In this document: positions 1 through 13,860 of the stretch, in pieces
Position numbering within the stretch: the first letter of the stretch is position 1
How the letters are laid out: each line of letters opens with the position of its first letter
DNA from: Octopus bimaculoides
Lineage: Eukaryota
Direction: 5' to 3'
Assembly: GCF_001194135.2 (NCBI RefSeq)
Contig: NC_068983.1
Span: 136,593,012-136,656,477, forward strand
Length of the DNA stretch: 63,466 nucleotides
The notes under the pieces: model-generated
Databases searched by the model: none
The model's input: the letters and a program-made list of their open reading frames with translations, nothing else
Told to the model about the DNA's origin: nothing
Translations under genes and position numbers: made by a program

Positions 1-390
1 CCTACGACATCACTATTCTCTCTCCTACACTGTCTTGCAGCACGAAATACCTCGTGTCTTTGGTCCTCACGGCGCAGAACATTGGCAAATTTTTTCTTAT
101 CTGCTTCCCCTCTGGCTAAATAAACCTGTCGCCTAGCCTCCCTTCTGGCACATTGGTACAATTCCCTGCTACCACCGTTCTTCCAGTCCTTCCAAGCCTG
201 TTTCTTTTGTCTAATAGCCCTGTCTACCTCCTTGTTCCACCACCACGTTACTCTGGGTCGAGAGGGGACCTTACACCAGCCACAGATCTGGTCGGTGGCT
301 TTCAACAGGTTGTCCTGCAGAAATCTCCAATTGTCTTCCACGTTGTATGATGCTATATCCCCTTCTATTTCGTCAAATGCTTGAGCTAAG
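1..390 (-). mobile_element. RTE-clade LINE ORF fragment (endonuclease-RT linker), runs off the window edge
   Basis: Stop-free minus frame ...YNVEDNWRFLQDNLLKATDQICGWCKVPSRPRVTWWWNKEVDRAIRQKKQAWKDWK...; the TWWWN motif is typical of RTE; CpGs are retained. Confidence 0.85.
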
Positions 391-969
391 TAATTGCTTG
401 GACAATATGCATTTTAACAAAGGGAGTAAAGAATGTGGTGTTAATTCTGATTGAATCAAGATCATCTTGACAACATATCAGTCATATTAAGCCTACTTTG
501 GGTGGAAGTTATAAAATAGGTTGAATCAGGACTGTAACTTGAGTGTTTATGTAAAAGCTCATGTCCATAGGAGGATTTAGAATTAGCACTGCAAGCCCTT
601 GATTCTTATACACTGCTCTATCTTCTTGCAAGAATGAGTGTTGCATAATCATGGTACCTATTTATAGTGCTATGGTCTAGGTCAATGATTTCAAGACAAC
701 ACTGGCTACAAGATACAAACTATCAATTTTTCAGCAGTAATCAGCTTAGCCAGTTGCACCTCTCTAGATAATTATAGATAGATAGCTATGGTTTTGGGAA
801 TTGATTATAATTAAAAAATGACAAATATAAAGAAAATGTAAGGAAAGGCATAGCTATTGTAGCATTAAGTTGATGTATGATAAACCACCCCCTCTAAATA
901 TAGGGTGTTACTCTGTTGTAAGTAACATTCACAGAAGATCTAGAACATAACTCAAATAGCTAAAAAAAA

Positions 970-1193
970 TTAACCCTTTAGAATTTAAACCAGTCATATC
1001 CAGCCCAATATATTCTACCTATTTTATGTTCAAAGTGGCCAGGTCTGGCCTCTTATTCTTGCCCTGTCGTTCTAAAAATAGACTATCACATCATTGAAAT
1101 CTCATAGCTACTGGATAATGCAGGATTAATTCAAAGCAATGTGAATAAATAAGCAATACATTTGAGAGAATAATGTGAAAGCTGAAGGGTTAA
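970..1193. mobile_element. piggyBac-type MITE (974-1189) with TTAA target duplication
   Basis: TTAA-CCCTTTAG ... CTGAAGGG-TTAA. Confidence 0.65.
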
Positions 1194-2562
1194 AGTACTG
1201 ACAATATGTAATACTCACAGGCACAATAAAATGCCAGCAGTAATTACAAATTTTGACTTGTGAGCTGGTGATTCAATGTCCAAGCCACTCAAGATTTCAT
1301 TTTTATAGAATAGTAGAATATTATGCATTAAAAAAGAAAAAAGAAAAACAAATTTCAAGGAAACTAATGATGATCTACATGGTAAAAATTATACAGTGAA
1401 GTTCATGAAACTGGATAAGTTTGTATGCCATGAGGAGAAAGGAATTTGATATTTTGGGATTGACACTTTGAAGGAAAAGAAACTTAAAATTTCTTTCATC
1501 TCAGATGAAGAATCAATTTCAAAATGTCAAATTCTTCTTCTCCCCACATCATAAAAATATAGTCAAATTCATCAGTTCTGATCAAGCAGAACTATAATCA
1601 AAGACATTCTAGCAGTGACCACTGTAGGTTTACATTATCCAACAGCCTATTTATCTTTTTAGACAGAAAGATATAATTTGAGATTTGGCTTCCAAATGCA
1701 GAAGATTGAGCAACCAACTAATGTTCCCCTCCTTGGTTTCTAGTCTATTAGTTTATTGTCAAACATTCATCATATTTTTTTTTTTATGATGATGTGTACT
1801 AGTCACTTTACTAAAAGTAGGCTACAGGCTTAATGAAATAATGTGGTCATTATGATAATATAGTTATACATAGTTACATGCTTTGTAATTAATTATTAAA
1901 TGAATGTTATGGTTATAGTGATTAAATGTAATTACAAAAGGTTATAATTATTGATTATCATTTGATATAGTTAGGTTGACCCATTAAATGTAGTTAGGTT
2001 GTTTACACTAGATTAAAAGAAATCAATAACTTAATAATGGTATCCTCTCCCTCTCATTTATACATGGTGAAACCATAACCTTTCCTTTCATAGCCTTGTT
2101 CTTAGCTTTGATTTCATGGCATTAAGCAGATAAGAGATAAATCTTCCCTTGAATATCATTGATAGCATTCTCTGTAGATCTGGTAACTATCGCTAACAGC
2201 TAGGAAAACTGAAGTGTGTAGAATAAAGTATCAAGTCCAAATACTTAGCAAATTGCCTCTAGTAGTTTTAAACTGAAAGTCTATGAGCTGTATATCGAAA
2301 TACCTTCAAGTGTGGGATGCATGCTGTAAAGTATGCTAAGTTTGCAACCCATTTTTGATTTTCAAATGGTGCCATTTCCTTTTATTAATGTTCTTAGGAG
2401 ATGCATGAACAGAACAATTTACCATTTCTTCTTCTCTAACATAAACTTCATGCCTGTAGATTTAGTTATGGTTAGTTGCTAGATGATTTTCTTGAATGAA
2501 GAAAACCTTCATTGGTATTCTGACAAAATATTGGACCAACTTTTATCCTTTATACTTTACTT

Positions 2563-2910
2563 GTTTCAGTCAATAGACTGCAGCCATGCCAAGGTATTGC
2601 CTCAAATAGCTTACTGAAGCAAATGAATCCCATTACTTTTTTTTAAGTCTGGTACTTATTTTACTGGTTTCTATTGCAAAACTGCTAAGTTATGGAAGCA
2701 TATACAAACCAACACTAGTTAACTAGTGGTAATGGAAACACACATACACATACAATGGGCTTCTTTCAGTTTCTGTCTACCAGATTCACTCAAAGCTTTG
2801 GTTGGCCCATGACTATAGTAGAAGACATTTTCCCAAAGTGCCACACAGTGGGATTGAAGTTAGAACCATGTGGTTGAAAAGCAAACTTCTTACAACTCGG
2901 CCACACATGT
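2563..2910 (-). mobile_element. Degenerate tRNA-derived CORE-like SINE, same family as 46755-47158
   Basis: Colinear similarity to the 46755-47158 copy (ttcagtttc.gtctac, tatagtagaagacatt, accatgtggttg). Confidence 0.7.
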
Positions 2911-5367
2911 GAAGAAGGAGAGAAAGTAATAATGATAATGGGGTGGATTGATTAGATGAAATCAGTGATGGAGTGGTCAGTCTGTCTGCCATACCAGTAT
3001 GGATTGGATAGTTCATCAGGGTCCAAGATAGTTCTTATTAAAGTTTACTCAGGATTATGTTTGAGAGTGGGTGATAGGAGAGATACTAACAGAGTTAATG
3101 TTAGGGAAGAGGGCAGTAGGAGGGAAAATGAAAAATAGTGTCAGGGGTTAATGAAAGTGTTATAAAGTGATAGGATGGTAGAGAAGGTTGAGCAAGAGAT
3201 GTTGTGCTACCTGACGCTGGAGATTGGGTTTTCTGTAGTACCACACATCTCCAGTCTCCTCTCATCTCCTTCAGATTTTCTTTTACCGCTTCGTTCCAAA
3301 TCTTTCTTCATATTCCTCATCCACAGGTACAGTTCACTTTATTATCTATATACACACAGACATGTGTCTGTGTGTAAAATGCTCTAAATTCCAAAAAGGT
3401 ATTTTACTTCTCTGCCCAAACCCTTATATAAATATATCAAACTAAATTATGCAACAATTAGTAATTTCAGGAGCTTCTGAACTTACAAATATAAAAGTAC
3501 ATGCATACACATGAATACATAGATATACACAGATGTGCAAACATTGACTAATGCATCTCTTTTCTGTTAGTTGTCTCCTTTTTCATAACTCTCAATCTCT
3601 CTTTCTCTTTTCATTTTTGTCATTATCTCTGTCTATCTAAGTTACACTTTTGATGCTTTTCTTTCTGTGTTTGAATACATACAGTTATATATGTGTATAT
3701 ATTTATGAACGTGTGTGTGTATGCATTTAGATGTCTGTTTTTGTATCAGTTTGTTAGTGAGTGAGTGTGAGTCAGAGAGAGAAGAGAAAACGGTCTCCAA
3801 TACTGATTTAAATGTTTTTCAATAAACAGAATGGATGAGAGAGATTAAGGGGAGGAAGAAGAAAGGACAAATTCTTCAAAAGAACTGATAACTAGATGCC
3901 TTTTATATAAGAAATTTGTTAAGTGAGTATTTAGGTTGTTATATTGGAAACTATTAAGTTTATTTAGAAATGGTGTCAGAAAAAAATCTCCTGTCATGAA
4001 GTAGGTGATAAAATTGTAATGTTAGTTTAGGCCTAAGCTGAAGGTCATAACAGATCTGAATTTCTGGAGAAATTCAATTATAGCATCTGTCAAGTGTGTT
4101 ACCAAAATTGCCAGTGGTAACTTTCAGAAATTATTTTCTTTAAAGTAGATTCTGCATGAAGTCAGATGAAAATGAAGTGAACTGAATCCATGTTGAAAAC
4201 TATTAATTTTAAAGACAATATATGTTGCTTAAAGAAATTATCGGTACAGTGTTGGGAGGTTATTTTTTAATTTCTCTCCATTTTCTCTTTTTTTCCCTTC
4301 ATTCGTTCCACTGTAAATTATGTAGAAGCATCATAGAGTAAGTGTAGCTAAGATTGCAATCTTTGATTACTAATTGAGCCAATATGCTTCACTGATACCT
4401 TGAGAATGTTTTGAGTAAATTCAAGTAATTTCAGACATAGTGAATAACTCAGAAGTATTCCACAATCTGATGGGTTGTATGAATTTTATTTTTTGCTTCT
4501 ATTATCACAGAAAATAATCTAGATATTTTGAAATAGTTCAAATTGGTTGAGTAAAAAGAGCTAAGCTTTTGCTAAGTTCACAAACAAGTGCCAATTCATA
4601 TCTTTAGCCATCTTATTTCAGTCAGGCACTAAATGCCTACAGAAATTCATAAATATAATACAATTTCATTTTCTATCTTTATAAATGCAAGTTCTTGTGG
4701 ATATGTGAAAAATCATTTCATTTTATAACTTTTTAAAGTTACCTTCTAATTTTTAGTTGGCACCAATTACACTGCTAGTGCTTCTTAAAAAAGATATAAT
4801 CATTATCAAATTTGTATCTAAGTAAACACCCATTCAAATGACACTTGTAGGCACTTATTCTTTACTCAAATTTAAAATTAACATTATATCTTATCATAGC
4901 ATCACCACCTGGCCCTTGAGTATCTGTAGAGGAGTCTGTTCCTCCCAACAGTTTTGGAGAACCTGAAAAAGGTTATAAATGCTGCTATTCCTCTTTTGAC
5001 TGAACCATTTTAAAAAGAATATCTTTTAAATATGACCACAATAATACTATATAGACAGCATTAAGGAGGTATAAGTCAATATCAATGTAACAATCCATGA
5101 CATAAAATAATGAACAAATCTATTTCATAACTTATACTCTGGAACACAAGTATATATAAAGAGGATGCATATCTATTCTGTGTCTATCTATGGACTTCAT
5201 TTTTAGTCATTTAATTAGTCTGTAACTGTCTAATCAACTCTATCCACAGACTGTGATTAAACTACTTGAAAGCTACTACCTGTACCTGCTAAATTCACAG
5301 TACAATATTCTAGTCAGTATCTTACTACACATTGTGCATGTCTAGTTAACATTTAACAGTAATCTCT

Positions 5368-5580
5368 GTGTGTGTGTGTGTGTGTGTATACACACACACA
5401 CACACACACACACTCTTTCCCTTCCATACTAATATTCCTTTACTAGCATCCCTACTTCCTCTCCCCACTCTCTCTCATCTTCTTACACTTAATTGTAAAC
5501 TTTTTCCCTTCCTTCCCCTGTTCTCTCTCTCTCTCTCTCTCTCTCTCCCTCTCTCTCTCTCTCTCTTATTCTCTCTCCCT
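5368..5580. repeat. (TG)n-TA-(CA)n and (CT)n microsatellites
   Basis: Directly visible. Confidence 0.9.
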
Positions 5581-7053
5581 CCTTCCCTTTTATCTGCTAC
5601 CCACACATGACCAGTGACTGATTTTCTATCTTTTTGCCACTGGACACCTAGCATGCTGGTCAACCCTTTTTCTCTTCTCAATTCTGTTCTTTATATCCAT
5701 TTGATGATTTCTCCCAGCTGTTAATCCATCATTCTTGTGTTTGACCCCAAGGCTTTATTTATTGTTTCATCTATCATTTCAAATTACTGTTGTTTACTTT
5801 CGTATGTCCACCCTGTATTATTTTGTTTACTCAAACCCTAATTCTCTGCAAATCTTACAGGTGCCGCCGATATACGAAGTTCCTAATCTTATTGTTAAAG
5901 GCATTCAACTAGGTAGTATATTTTTCGGTCAATAGCTGATGAAGTATTAGGGTTCTGGTGTCTGTCCTATGTGTACGTTTTGTAGAACTTAATGCATTTT
6001 TCATTTGTGGAGTAACTGAATGCCACAAATCCCGACTTTTATATATATATGATCAATTTGTCTACCAACTCACAAAGTTTTAGTTCAAATCTGCTGCTAA
6101 CACTTCATTATATATTTGTTCAAGGGACTTGATTCTGTTGACTTTGATTCATATTGTTGACATAAATAAAGAGCAAGTCTTCTCATATTCAGAAACTAGA
6201 AGGTAAAATCAGTGCTGAGACACAAACTGTAGTGAACCAAAGAATTTTTTATTTAATTAAAATTATACCCATGAACAATTATGAACAAGAAAGATGAGGA
6301 AAACAGCCCTCAAAATTTTAATTAAAACGAATTAAAAATGAATGTGGAAAATGTAGTGGGAAGAGATTTTGGCTTTATTAAACCTCAGCAAAGCAGTCTT
6401 TGCTAGACATAAGAGTTCAGAAAATATAGATGTTTTGTGACTACAGATTGCATCACATGATAACTTAAAAGGAATGGGAAAAATTATTCCACACAAAAAC
6501 CAAATGATAGAGTCAGTGCTAACATATTAATGCAGTGAGCAGAGAAATTTTAATTAATTAATATTACACCTGTAATTCTTGGAAATGTCAATACTTAGTT
6601 GATGACTACATACTGTATCTGTCCAGCTGACTGCTATCCACTGTGATTGAATATTTGACAATTACATTTATTTGTTAGATTAATATGATAACATACTCTT
6701 CTCTAAAGTCAAAGGTTTATACTTTCTATTACATTATAATACTAGCATTTTACTGAGCATGTGAAAATGTTAAAATAAACACTGTGTGTGTGTGTGTGAA
6801 TTAGTTATAAGGATTCAACGGAACCTAGCCACTTCAACACTTAGGATACCAAAAATGGCGAGGTATGATAATGTAGAGTTCACAGTGAGGTAAACAATGA
6901 AGGTATCAAGTGTTGGTCAGATACTGTAGATATGTGAATACCAAATCCAATTTAAACTGTAGATCTAACTCTGAGGTTAGTTTCAGGTGTGATGTAGATA
7001 CAAAAAAGAGAACAGTTGTTTCGGTTGAATTTTATTGGTGTATTCATAGATTA

Positions 7054-8007
7054 CATCATCATCATCATCATCATCATCGTTTAACGTCCGCTTTCCATGC
7101 TAGCATGGGTTGGACGATTTGACTGAGGACTGGTGAAACCGGATGGCAACACCAGGCTCCAATCTAAATTTTGCAGAGTTTCTACAGCTGGATGCCCTTC
7201 CTAACGCCTCCACAATCTTCAGGTAAAATTTTAAACAGATAAGATGAAGCACAATCTTTGAACATTAGGCCTCACCGAGACAATGACTTGTGACTGAGAC
7301 TTTTGGAAATATGCTGTGCGTGAGAAGACCCAGGCAAGACAAATGAGACCATAACCTGTGGCCTTTACCAGGGTTGTAGCCAGCCCACTTATGCATACAT
7401 TTCCTTCTTTGGACACAAAACCCTGCTTGCGAAGATCTGTTGAGGCAAGTGAAATCGAAATCGAAAATTGAACCAAATTCATTGACTGGCACCCATGCCA
7501 ACCTTCCTTCATTGGACACTAAACTCAGCTTGCGAAGACCTGTTGGGGCAAGTGAGATCGAAACTGAACCAAATTCGATGACTGGCACCCGTGCCAGTAG
7601 AGTGCTAACCACCATCCGAGCAGGATCACTGCCAGAGCAGTGGTCTCGCTTCCATGCCAGTTGCACATAAAAAGCACCATTTGAGTGCGATCGTTTCCAC
7701 CTTCACCTTACTGGCTCTCGTGCCGGTGGCATGTCAACAAAACATTGGACTCACTCTTGTGCTGGTGGCACGTAAAAAACACCATTTGAGCATGGCTGTT
7801 GCCAGTACCGCCGGACTGGCCCTAATGCTGGTGGCACGTAAAAAGCACCCACTACACTCTCAGAGTGGTTGGCGTTAGGATGGGCATCCAGCTGTAGAAA
7901 CTCTTCCAGATCAGAATGGAGCCTGGTGCAGCCATCTGGTTCACCAGTCCCCAGTCAAATCATCCAACCCATGCTAGCATGGAAAACGGACGTTAAATGA
8001 TGATGAA
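7054..8007. mobile_element. RTE 3'-end composite: minus-strand tail (7054-7208) plus plus-strand ORF end/3' UTR (about 7235-8007)
   Basis: Both ends carry ...ccaacccatgctagcatggaaa.cggacgttaaa.gatgatg in opposite orientation; ATTACAT flanks both sides. Confidence 0.85.
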
Positions 8008-10321
8008 GCATTACATTTAAGAGAATAATCTGAATAAGGGCTAAACATTGTTTTGCTAAATCAGCCTTTTGGTCACGTATAAATATTTGGGAAGAAATAA
8101 AATTTATTTAAATTTCATTGACTATGCTTTTAAGGTATTATGTGCACCTTTGATACCAACTATTAGTCATTATGCATCAGGATGGGTCAGTTTTAAAGTT
8201 TGTGAGAAAGTATTTGTGAATATGTTGGCAAGTTGAAATAAATCTATTTCCTTTGTTTGTGATTAAAGCAGAGTGGTGAATATGATGTTTATCTAAAGAC
8301 AGAGCTCATAGTATTTATTAACCAGTTTCTCATTGTGGTTTCTCTTCTCTCTCTTGATCTCCAAATATATTTTGAAAGTGCCATAGTATTCTCTAGGTAT
8401 CGATGATGAAATGAGTTCTTATACTGGTGAGTGTAATGCTTGAAGGACTACTCTGTAAATATTGTATTGATTGTTGTTGTAGAGCTAACCACAGAGTATA
8501 CGACATCTTTTCCTTTGCTATTTACTCTTTAAGATTCTATGTTTCAGCAATTGTATGTCAGCTCTTTTAATTTTTTATTTGTTTGCAATGTTTTGGTATT
8601 GTGTCCCTGATATATATTTTTCATGCAGCTGTAGTCTACTTTTATTGTGCACTTGTTAAATAGCTGGTGGTATTTGTATCCACTTAGAAAATATTTTATC
8701 AGGTAGCAAAAATGTTTTGCAACATTTTTTTTACATCATTGTTATGTGTTGAGTTATAACATGTAACTTTTCTATCCCTCATGTTTTGAGGCAATTGTTA
8801 TTTGCAACTTGAATGCAAAGTGAATGTTGTTTAAAGCGTTATTAGTCATTCCTTCTCAATATGCTGATGTGTGCAATCAACCTAAAGAATAATTGAATTA
8901 ACCCATGGTTTAGATATGTAATCCTATTTTCCTTACATATGAATAAACATATATCTGACTCTGCATTTTTCATGCAAGGATGATTGAGCTTTTTTTCCTT
9001 TTGGCTTTTATACAACAAAATAAACAAAACCTATATATGTATTTATGGATGTATATAGTGGGTATAAGTATCAATTAAAATGGTGCCAATTTCTGTACAA
9101 CCTTTCTTATGATTCTTATCTATGACCCTGTCTTCAATACACTTGCTGCAAACCTTCAAAATAGTGTCAGAAGAGATCAGTGAAGAGATCAATATGTTTA
9201 TGCTATTGATTAAAATCAAATGACAGATAATTTATTTGTTTGGTTTGTTGCTTGCAAAAGTGCAATATATTTCTTCATTTCATGTTTGACCTCTTAGTTT
9301 GTTTTAGTAGGATAATATTTGATCAACTGTGGTAGGTCATAAATGTCTCTAGGGTAATCACAAGTACATTCTACTGTTCATGTATATGGACTCCTTGTCT
9401 AAAGTTGCAATTTTTCATTTGGCAACATTGTAAATCTTCATTGTAATACTTATAAAGTTATACTTCCAGTTGCTACTACATATGTGGCACATCTATCTGT
9501 AAGTTGTTTTTAGTTACCTTCACCATTGATTTTTCTCCTGTAAGTGCAATGTTTTAAATTTTGTGATATTCATGCGAGCAGATTTTTGACTTTCACCAAA
9601 CATTACAGAGTTAACCTTCTTTTGGAGAAGAAGCTGATATTTTTACTTGAAAGCAATCTTTAGAAGGTATAGAAATAATAAAGACATTATTTAAAATTCT
9701 ACATAAAATATATCTGTATATTAATACAGATATAATAGATATTATATTAATAGATAAAGAAAAGTGTGTGTATATGTGTATCCCCATGCATACACACATG
9801 CTCACGCATGCGCGTGCACACACACACACAAACACACTTGTATGTTGTAGATGACAAAGAACCAAAACATCTGGCGATTTGCTTTGCTTGAGAAAACCTG
9901 CCAAGCTAAGTAATGCAATACTGAGACTTATGTTGAAGGAGACTTGAGTTAACTGGAGTAGGATAATGTGGAAGGAGGTAAGATTTGGAGGCTTGTGTGG
10001 TCAAAGTACTAGGTAGGTAAAGTAGAGAAGGCTGGGTAAGGAAGCAAAGGGCTAGTGACAACTTCACTGTTAAAACAACCATGTCAGAACTTTATTGTCT
10101 GTTGATATTTTAGCTGCCATTTGAAACTGCATGTTCTGCTTGCCTCAGCTCAGTATAACTAATTATCAGAAATAAATAGCACATCTACTAGGAAGGTCAT
10201 CTGTGATAGACACGTATCTTATTTGGGATGAGATCTATCCATTGTCTACACAACTTTATGAAATTAGTGAAGTTATAAACTTATGAACTTCTGTGCACCC
10301 AAGAACACATTCACTATTCAA

Positions 10322-10633
10322 CTATTGATAACTTATCAGGTTTGTAATTTATAAGAAAGGTTGAAATGACTTCAATGTCTTTTTTGCAACTAAGCTTGCA
10401 TTAAATTTTAAAACTAGTTTTACCTTATTTCTGAATCCTTGTAGATTAGTTGAGACATTTGTCACTTTTAAGTTATTTGATGACTGATCAGATATGTGAT
10501 TTATAAGAATGGTTGAAATGTCTTCAATCTCTTATTCAGCTAAGTTTACTTCAGATTGCAAAATTACTCTCACCTTATCTACTGGGTCCTTGTAGATGGA
10601 CCCGTTGAGATGCTTCTCACATTTAAGTTATTG
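10322..10633. repeat. Diverged two-copy tandem duplication, period about 152 nt
   Basis: ttataagaa.ggttgaaatg.cttcaat starts at 10349 and 10501; ccttgtagat and ttaagttatt recur in register. Confidence 0.7.
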
Positions 10634-13539
10634 CTCTTATCTGCTAGACAAAACAAAAATATTTAGATAATCAACATTGTTGATTTCATGGAAACAGTGA
10701 AAGTTTTCATGTTTTTGCTTCCCTAAGGCTAATTTTTGATCATGTGAAAAAACTATGACAAAGAATCAAAAGGGTTATAGGCTCATTTCATCAGAAACTT
10801 ACCAAGTGTTTTACAGTGATTACAGTGCTTATAATATAATTATCATAAGGATTTCTAGCATTTTCTCAACTCACAAATTCTAGTGGAGGGCACAGTTGAC
10901 TACATATTTTATAAACCCTGGAGTAAAGCTGGATATAAACTAAGAACAAATTAAATACCACTGTTGATTTGTCTAACACTATGAATTTTGCCATCCTCTG
11001 CCTTTTTAGTAAAAATAAAAATAATAATAGTTCTTTCTTTTATTCCTTTACTAGTTGCAGATTGTGTCCATGCTGGGACATTGTCTTAAGGTATAAGTGA
11101 TTACATCTACCATATAACTTAGTTTATCAAAATAAATTCTTGGGCAGATGAAAGGCAAAGTAGACATGGATGTTTTTTAACTCAAAATAAAGGATTATAA
11201 CCAAATAGAACAAAATATTATCTAATATATGCATAAGGCCACAAATTTGGTAAGCAGTTAGAGTCAATTAAATTGACAACAATACTTAATGTACAGATGA
11301 GACTGAATTTATTTTTCATCCTTCCTATGTTGACAGACAAACAGTTATGAAGTTTTAGCTTTGATTTAATTTCTTCTATTCCCACAAATTTTTAGCCTTT
11401 TATCCATGTTAGAAATCATGTTATTATTACTTCCGTTTCACTTCTCAGAGCTCTCAATTTCACTTGCTCTGGTTAATTCTGTTGTCAAAGGTCTTGCAGG
11501 GTCTCTCCCCATGATACTTAACACCCAAGTACCAATCTCAAGATCCTCACTGTCCCCAATAAAGCAGTTCTCTAAACATGTTCTACTTTCATGTCAATTC
11601 CAATTTCTCAAGCAAATTTCTGAAACATATCAGTCTCCTCCTCCTCCCTTCCTTCCGCCCTTCCTCCTGGAGTTGATAAAATAAAGTACCAAACCTAAAT
11701 CAGAAACTATCCTCAGTATCATATTAATATAGTGGATTTAAAAAGCCATCAATATCTCATTCATTCCTTCTTCAAGAATCCATGAAAACAGACAGAATAC
11801 AAAGACTATTGATTTTTATCAAAGTTATATTTCAGTATTATACCAGTTACAGCATGGAATATTTTTTCTTTTCATTAGAAATCCTTTAAGCCCTTTTTCT
11901 TGTCATGAGATATTTAAATGGTTTTTAATGGCTTGATATAAAAATGGCTGCTTTAATGTAAAAATGACATCCCACATTCATAATGAAACAATGTCAGTAG
12001 TAATTCTGCTGAAGGAAATTTATGCAGAAAATTATTGGATCTGAAAACAGAGAAAATTGATTATACATGGTGTAAATAGAAACATAACTTGAATAGTCCA
12101 GTCAGTGTTTACTAATCCACCAGACAGGTTTGTCAGACAACCAAACTTTTGAAATTCTGTCCTGTTGTTTATCATCTCAGGATTGGGAGAAATAATCCTG
12201 TGTCCCTTTTGGATCCCTTTGTTCCTTAATAACAAACATTTCAATTATTAGGAATCAATAATTGTTTTCTTAAAAATTATTTTAATAGTTATGTAAAATT
12301 TATTCTACAGCCAACTACTAAATATATCCTGACATCATCACTACCACTCCATTCATGTATTATATCATGAAAGTTTGAAGTCTGAAATTTAACACCAGTC
12401 AGTGGGAACATTTCTCTGTTGTAAATGTTGATATTGCAAAAGCTTCCTCATCCTAATTGATTGTGTAAAGCTGATGGCTGCAAAGTGTGATGTGAATTAT
12501 AGTTAGTTGTAATGCTGATAATATATATGTAATATATGTACCTAGATTTGGGTTAACTGCAATTTTGAAACTGTATCTTCAATATTTTTCTCATTTAACA
12601 TGTGCCAGGAACCCTACAACTATTTGATTTTTAACAATAATAATAAAGGTGATAATAATTTTCTCCTCCTTTTATCTCTCCTGTTCAACAGTATTAATTA
12701 CTGTTTCTAGCAATTTGTTCCTATTATTCTGTCCATTTTATAGAATGAATGTTTAAAATTAACATGGTTCACAAGGAGGTGAAAAGAATTATCATTATCA
12801 TCACCATTACTACTTCTTGCTGCCATGTACTATTTCATGTACAATTTTCATATACAATTTTACAAGATTCTACATTTGAGACTGTATTGACATTATTGAT
12901 TTCCATAGTTGAGTCTTATGTTGACATTATGGCCAAATGCTGAGTGTACTAGGTGTCGGAATGATCACTGAAACTAATTTGAATGTAATTTAGTCAAATT
13001 TAAATTTATTTTGTTATTTTTTAAGTAAAAAAATTAAATTTGCATCTACAGTTATTTCCTTTTTTTTTAAAGAGTCAATAACTCACAACCCATCACCATG
13101 ATTATTTCCTACCTTTTAGTGTTTTAAAAGGTGTGATGAACACTTGCACATATCACCTCACCATGCAGGGCACCTTTCAGAAGCAGTTTGTGTACATAAT
13201 TACTTGTGGGAAATGGTGAAATTAGGTTGGATCAACAATATTTTTCAATACTCTCGGCTCCACTGTTACTTCTGCAATATCCCAGTCTTGAGCAAGTCAA
13301 AAAAATGGACAATATTTGTTCTGTGCTAGCAATTTGATTTTTGTATTCTTAAAATGATCCCTTTCTTCTTCCTGTATTTGTCATTTATAAATTACTGTTT
13401 CACTCTTTCAGTGTTTAGAATAGATCAACAAGATGTTACAAAAAATATTTCATCAAGTATTGTGGTTTGACTCAGTGTGAGATACTGAGCTCTAGACCCA
13501 TCTATATGAATCTCTTCAAGATTCATATGGGAGGTCATT

Positions 13540-13860
13540 AGAAAGTGTGTTTCTTGAGTTCACTCTTAATCTACAAGATGTTATTCACTTCAATTTCAAG
13601 CGCTTGGTTGATGTATTTATTTTTGCTGTCACATGGCACTCAAAAGCTGTCTGTAATGATCTTAAGCTTTCTAAGAGTGTCAATATCACTGTTTCTGTGG
13701 AAATTTGCTGTTGATGTCAGGATCTTGTAGGTTTTAATGTCTATGGAGGGGATTTGCTCTATAGACCAGCTGTATATGCCATATATGGGTATCAGTATGG
13801 ATAGTGTAAATGCATTGTGGGATATTGTGTTGGAAAAGGAAACCCTAACTGACATACCTT
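13540..13860 (-). mobile_element. Degenerate R4/Dong-like LINE, post-RT region
   Basis: ...IYSWSIEQIPSIDIKTYKILTSTANFHRNSDIDTL resembles the W..EEL..ID.KTRK......FH.KSDVDRL pattern. Confidence 0.5.

Noticed and set aside
5640-6055. Helitron-like 5' end near 6050 (-), mariner-like TIR at 5792-5817 and a small exon-like stretch at about 5860-5915
   Set aside because: No matching second terminus was found for either element, and the peptide has no channel similarity or fitting phase.
8397-8426. 30-nt microexon with tag acceptor and GTGAGT donor
   Set aside because: In the phase-2 context required by exon 21117 it reads into TGA at once, and it has no homology. At most it is an unsupported poison exon.
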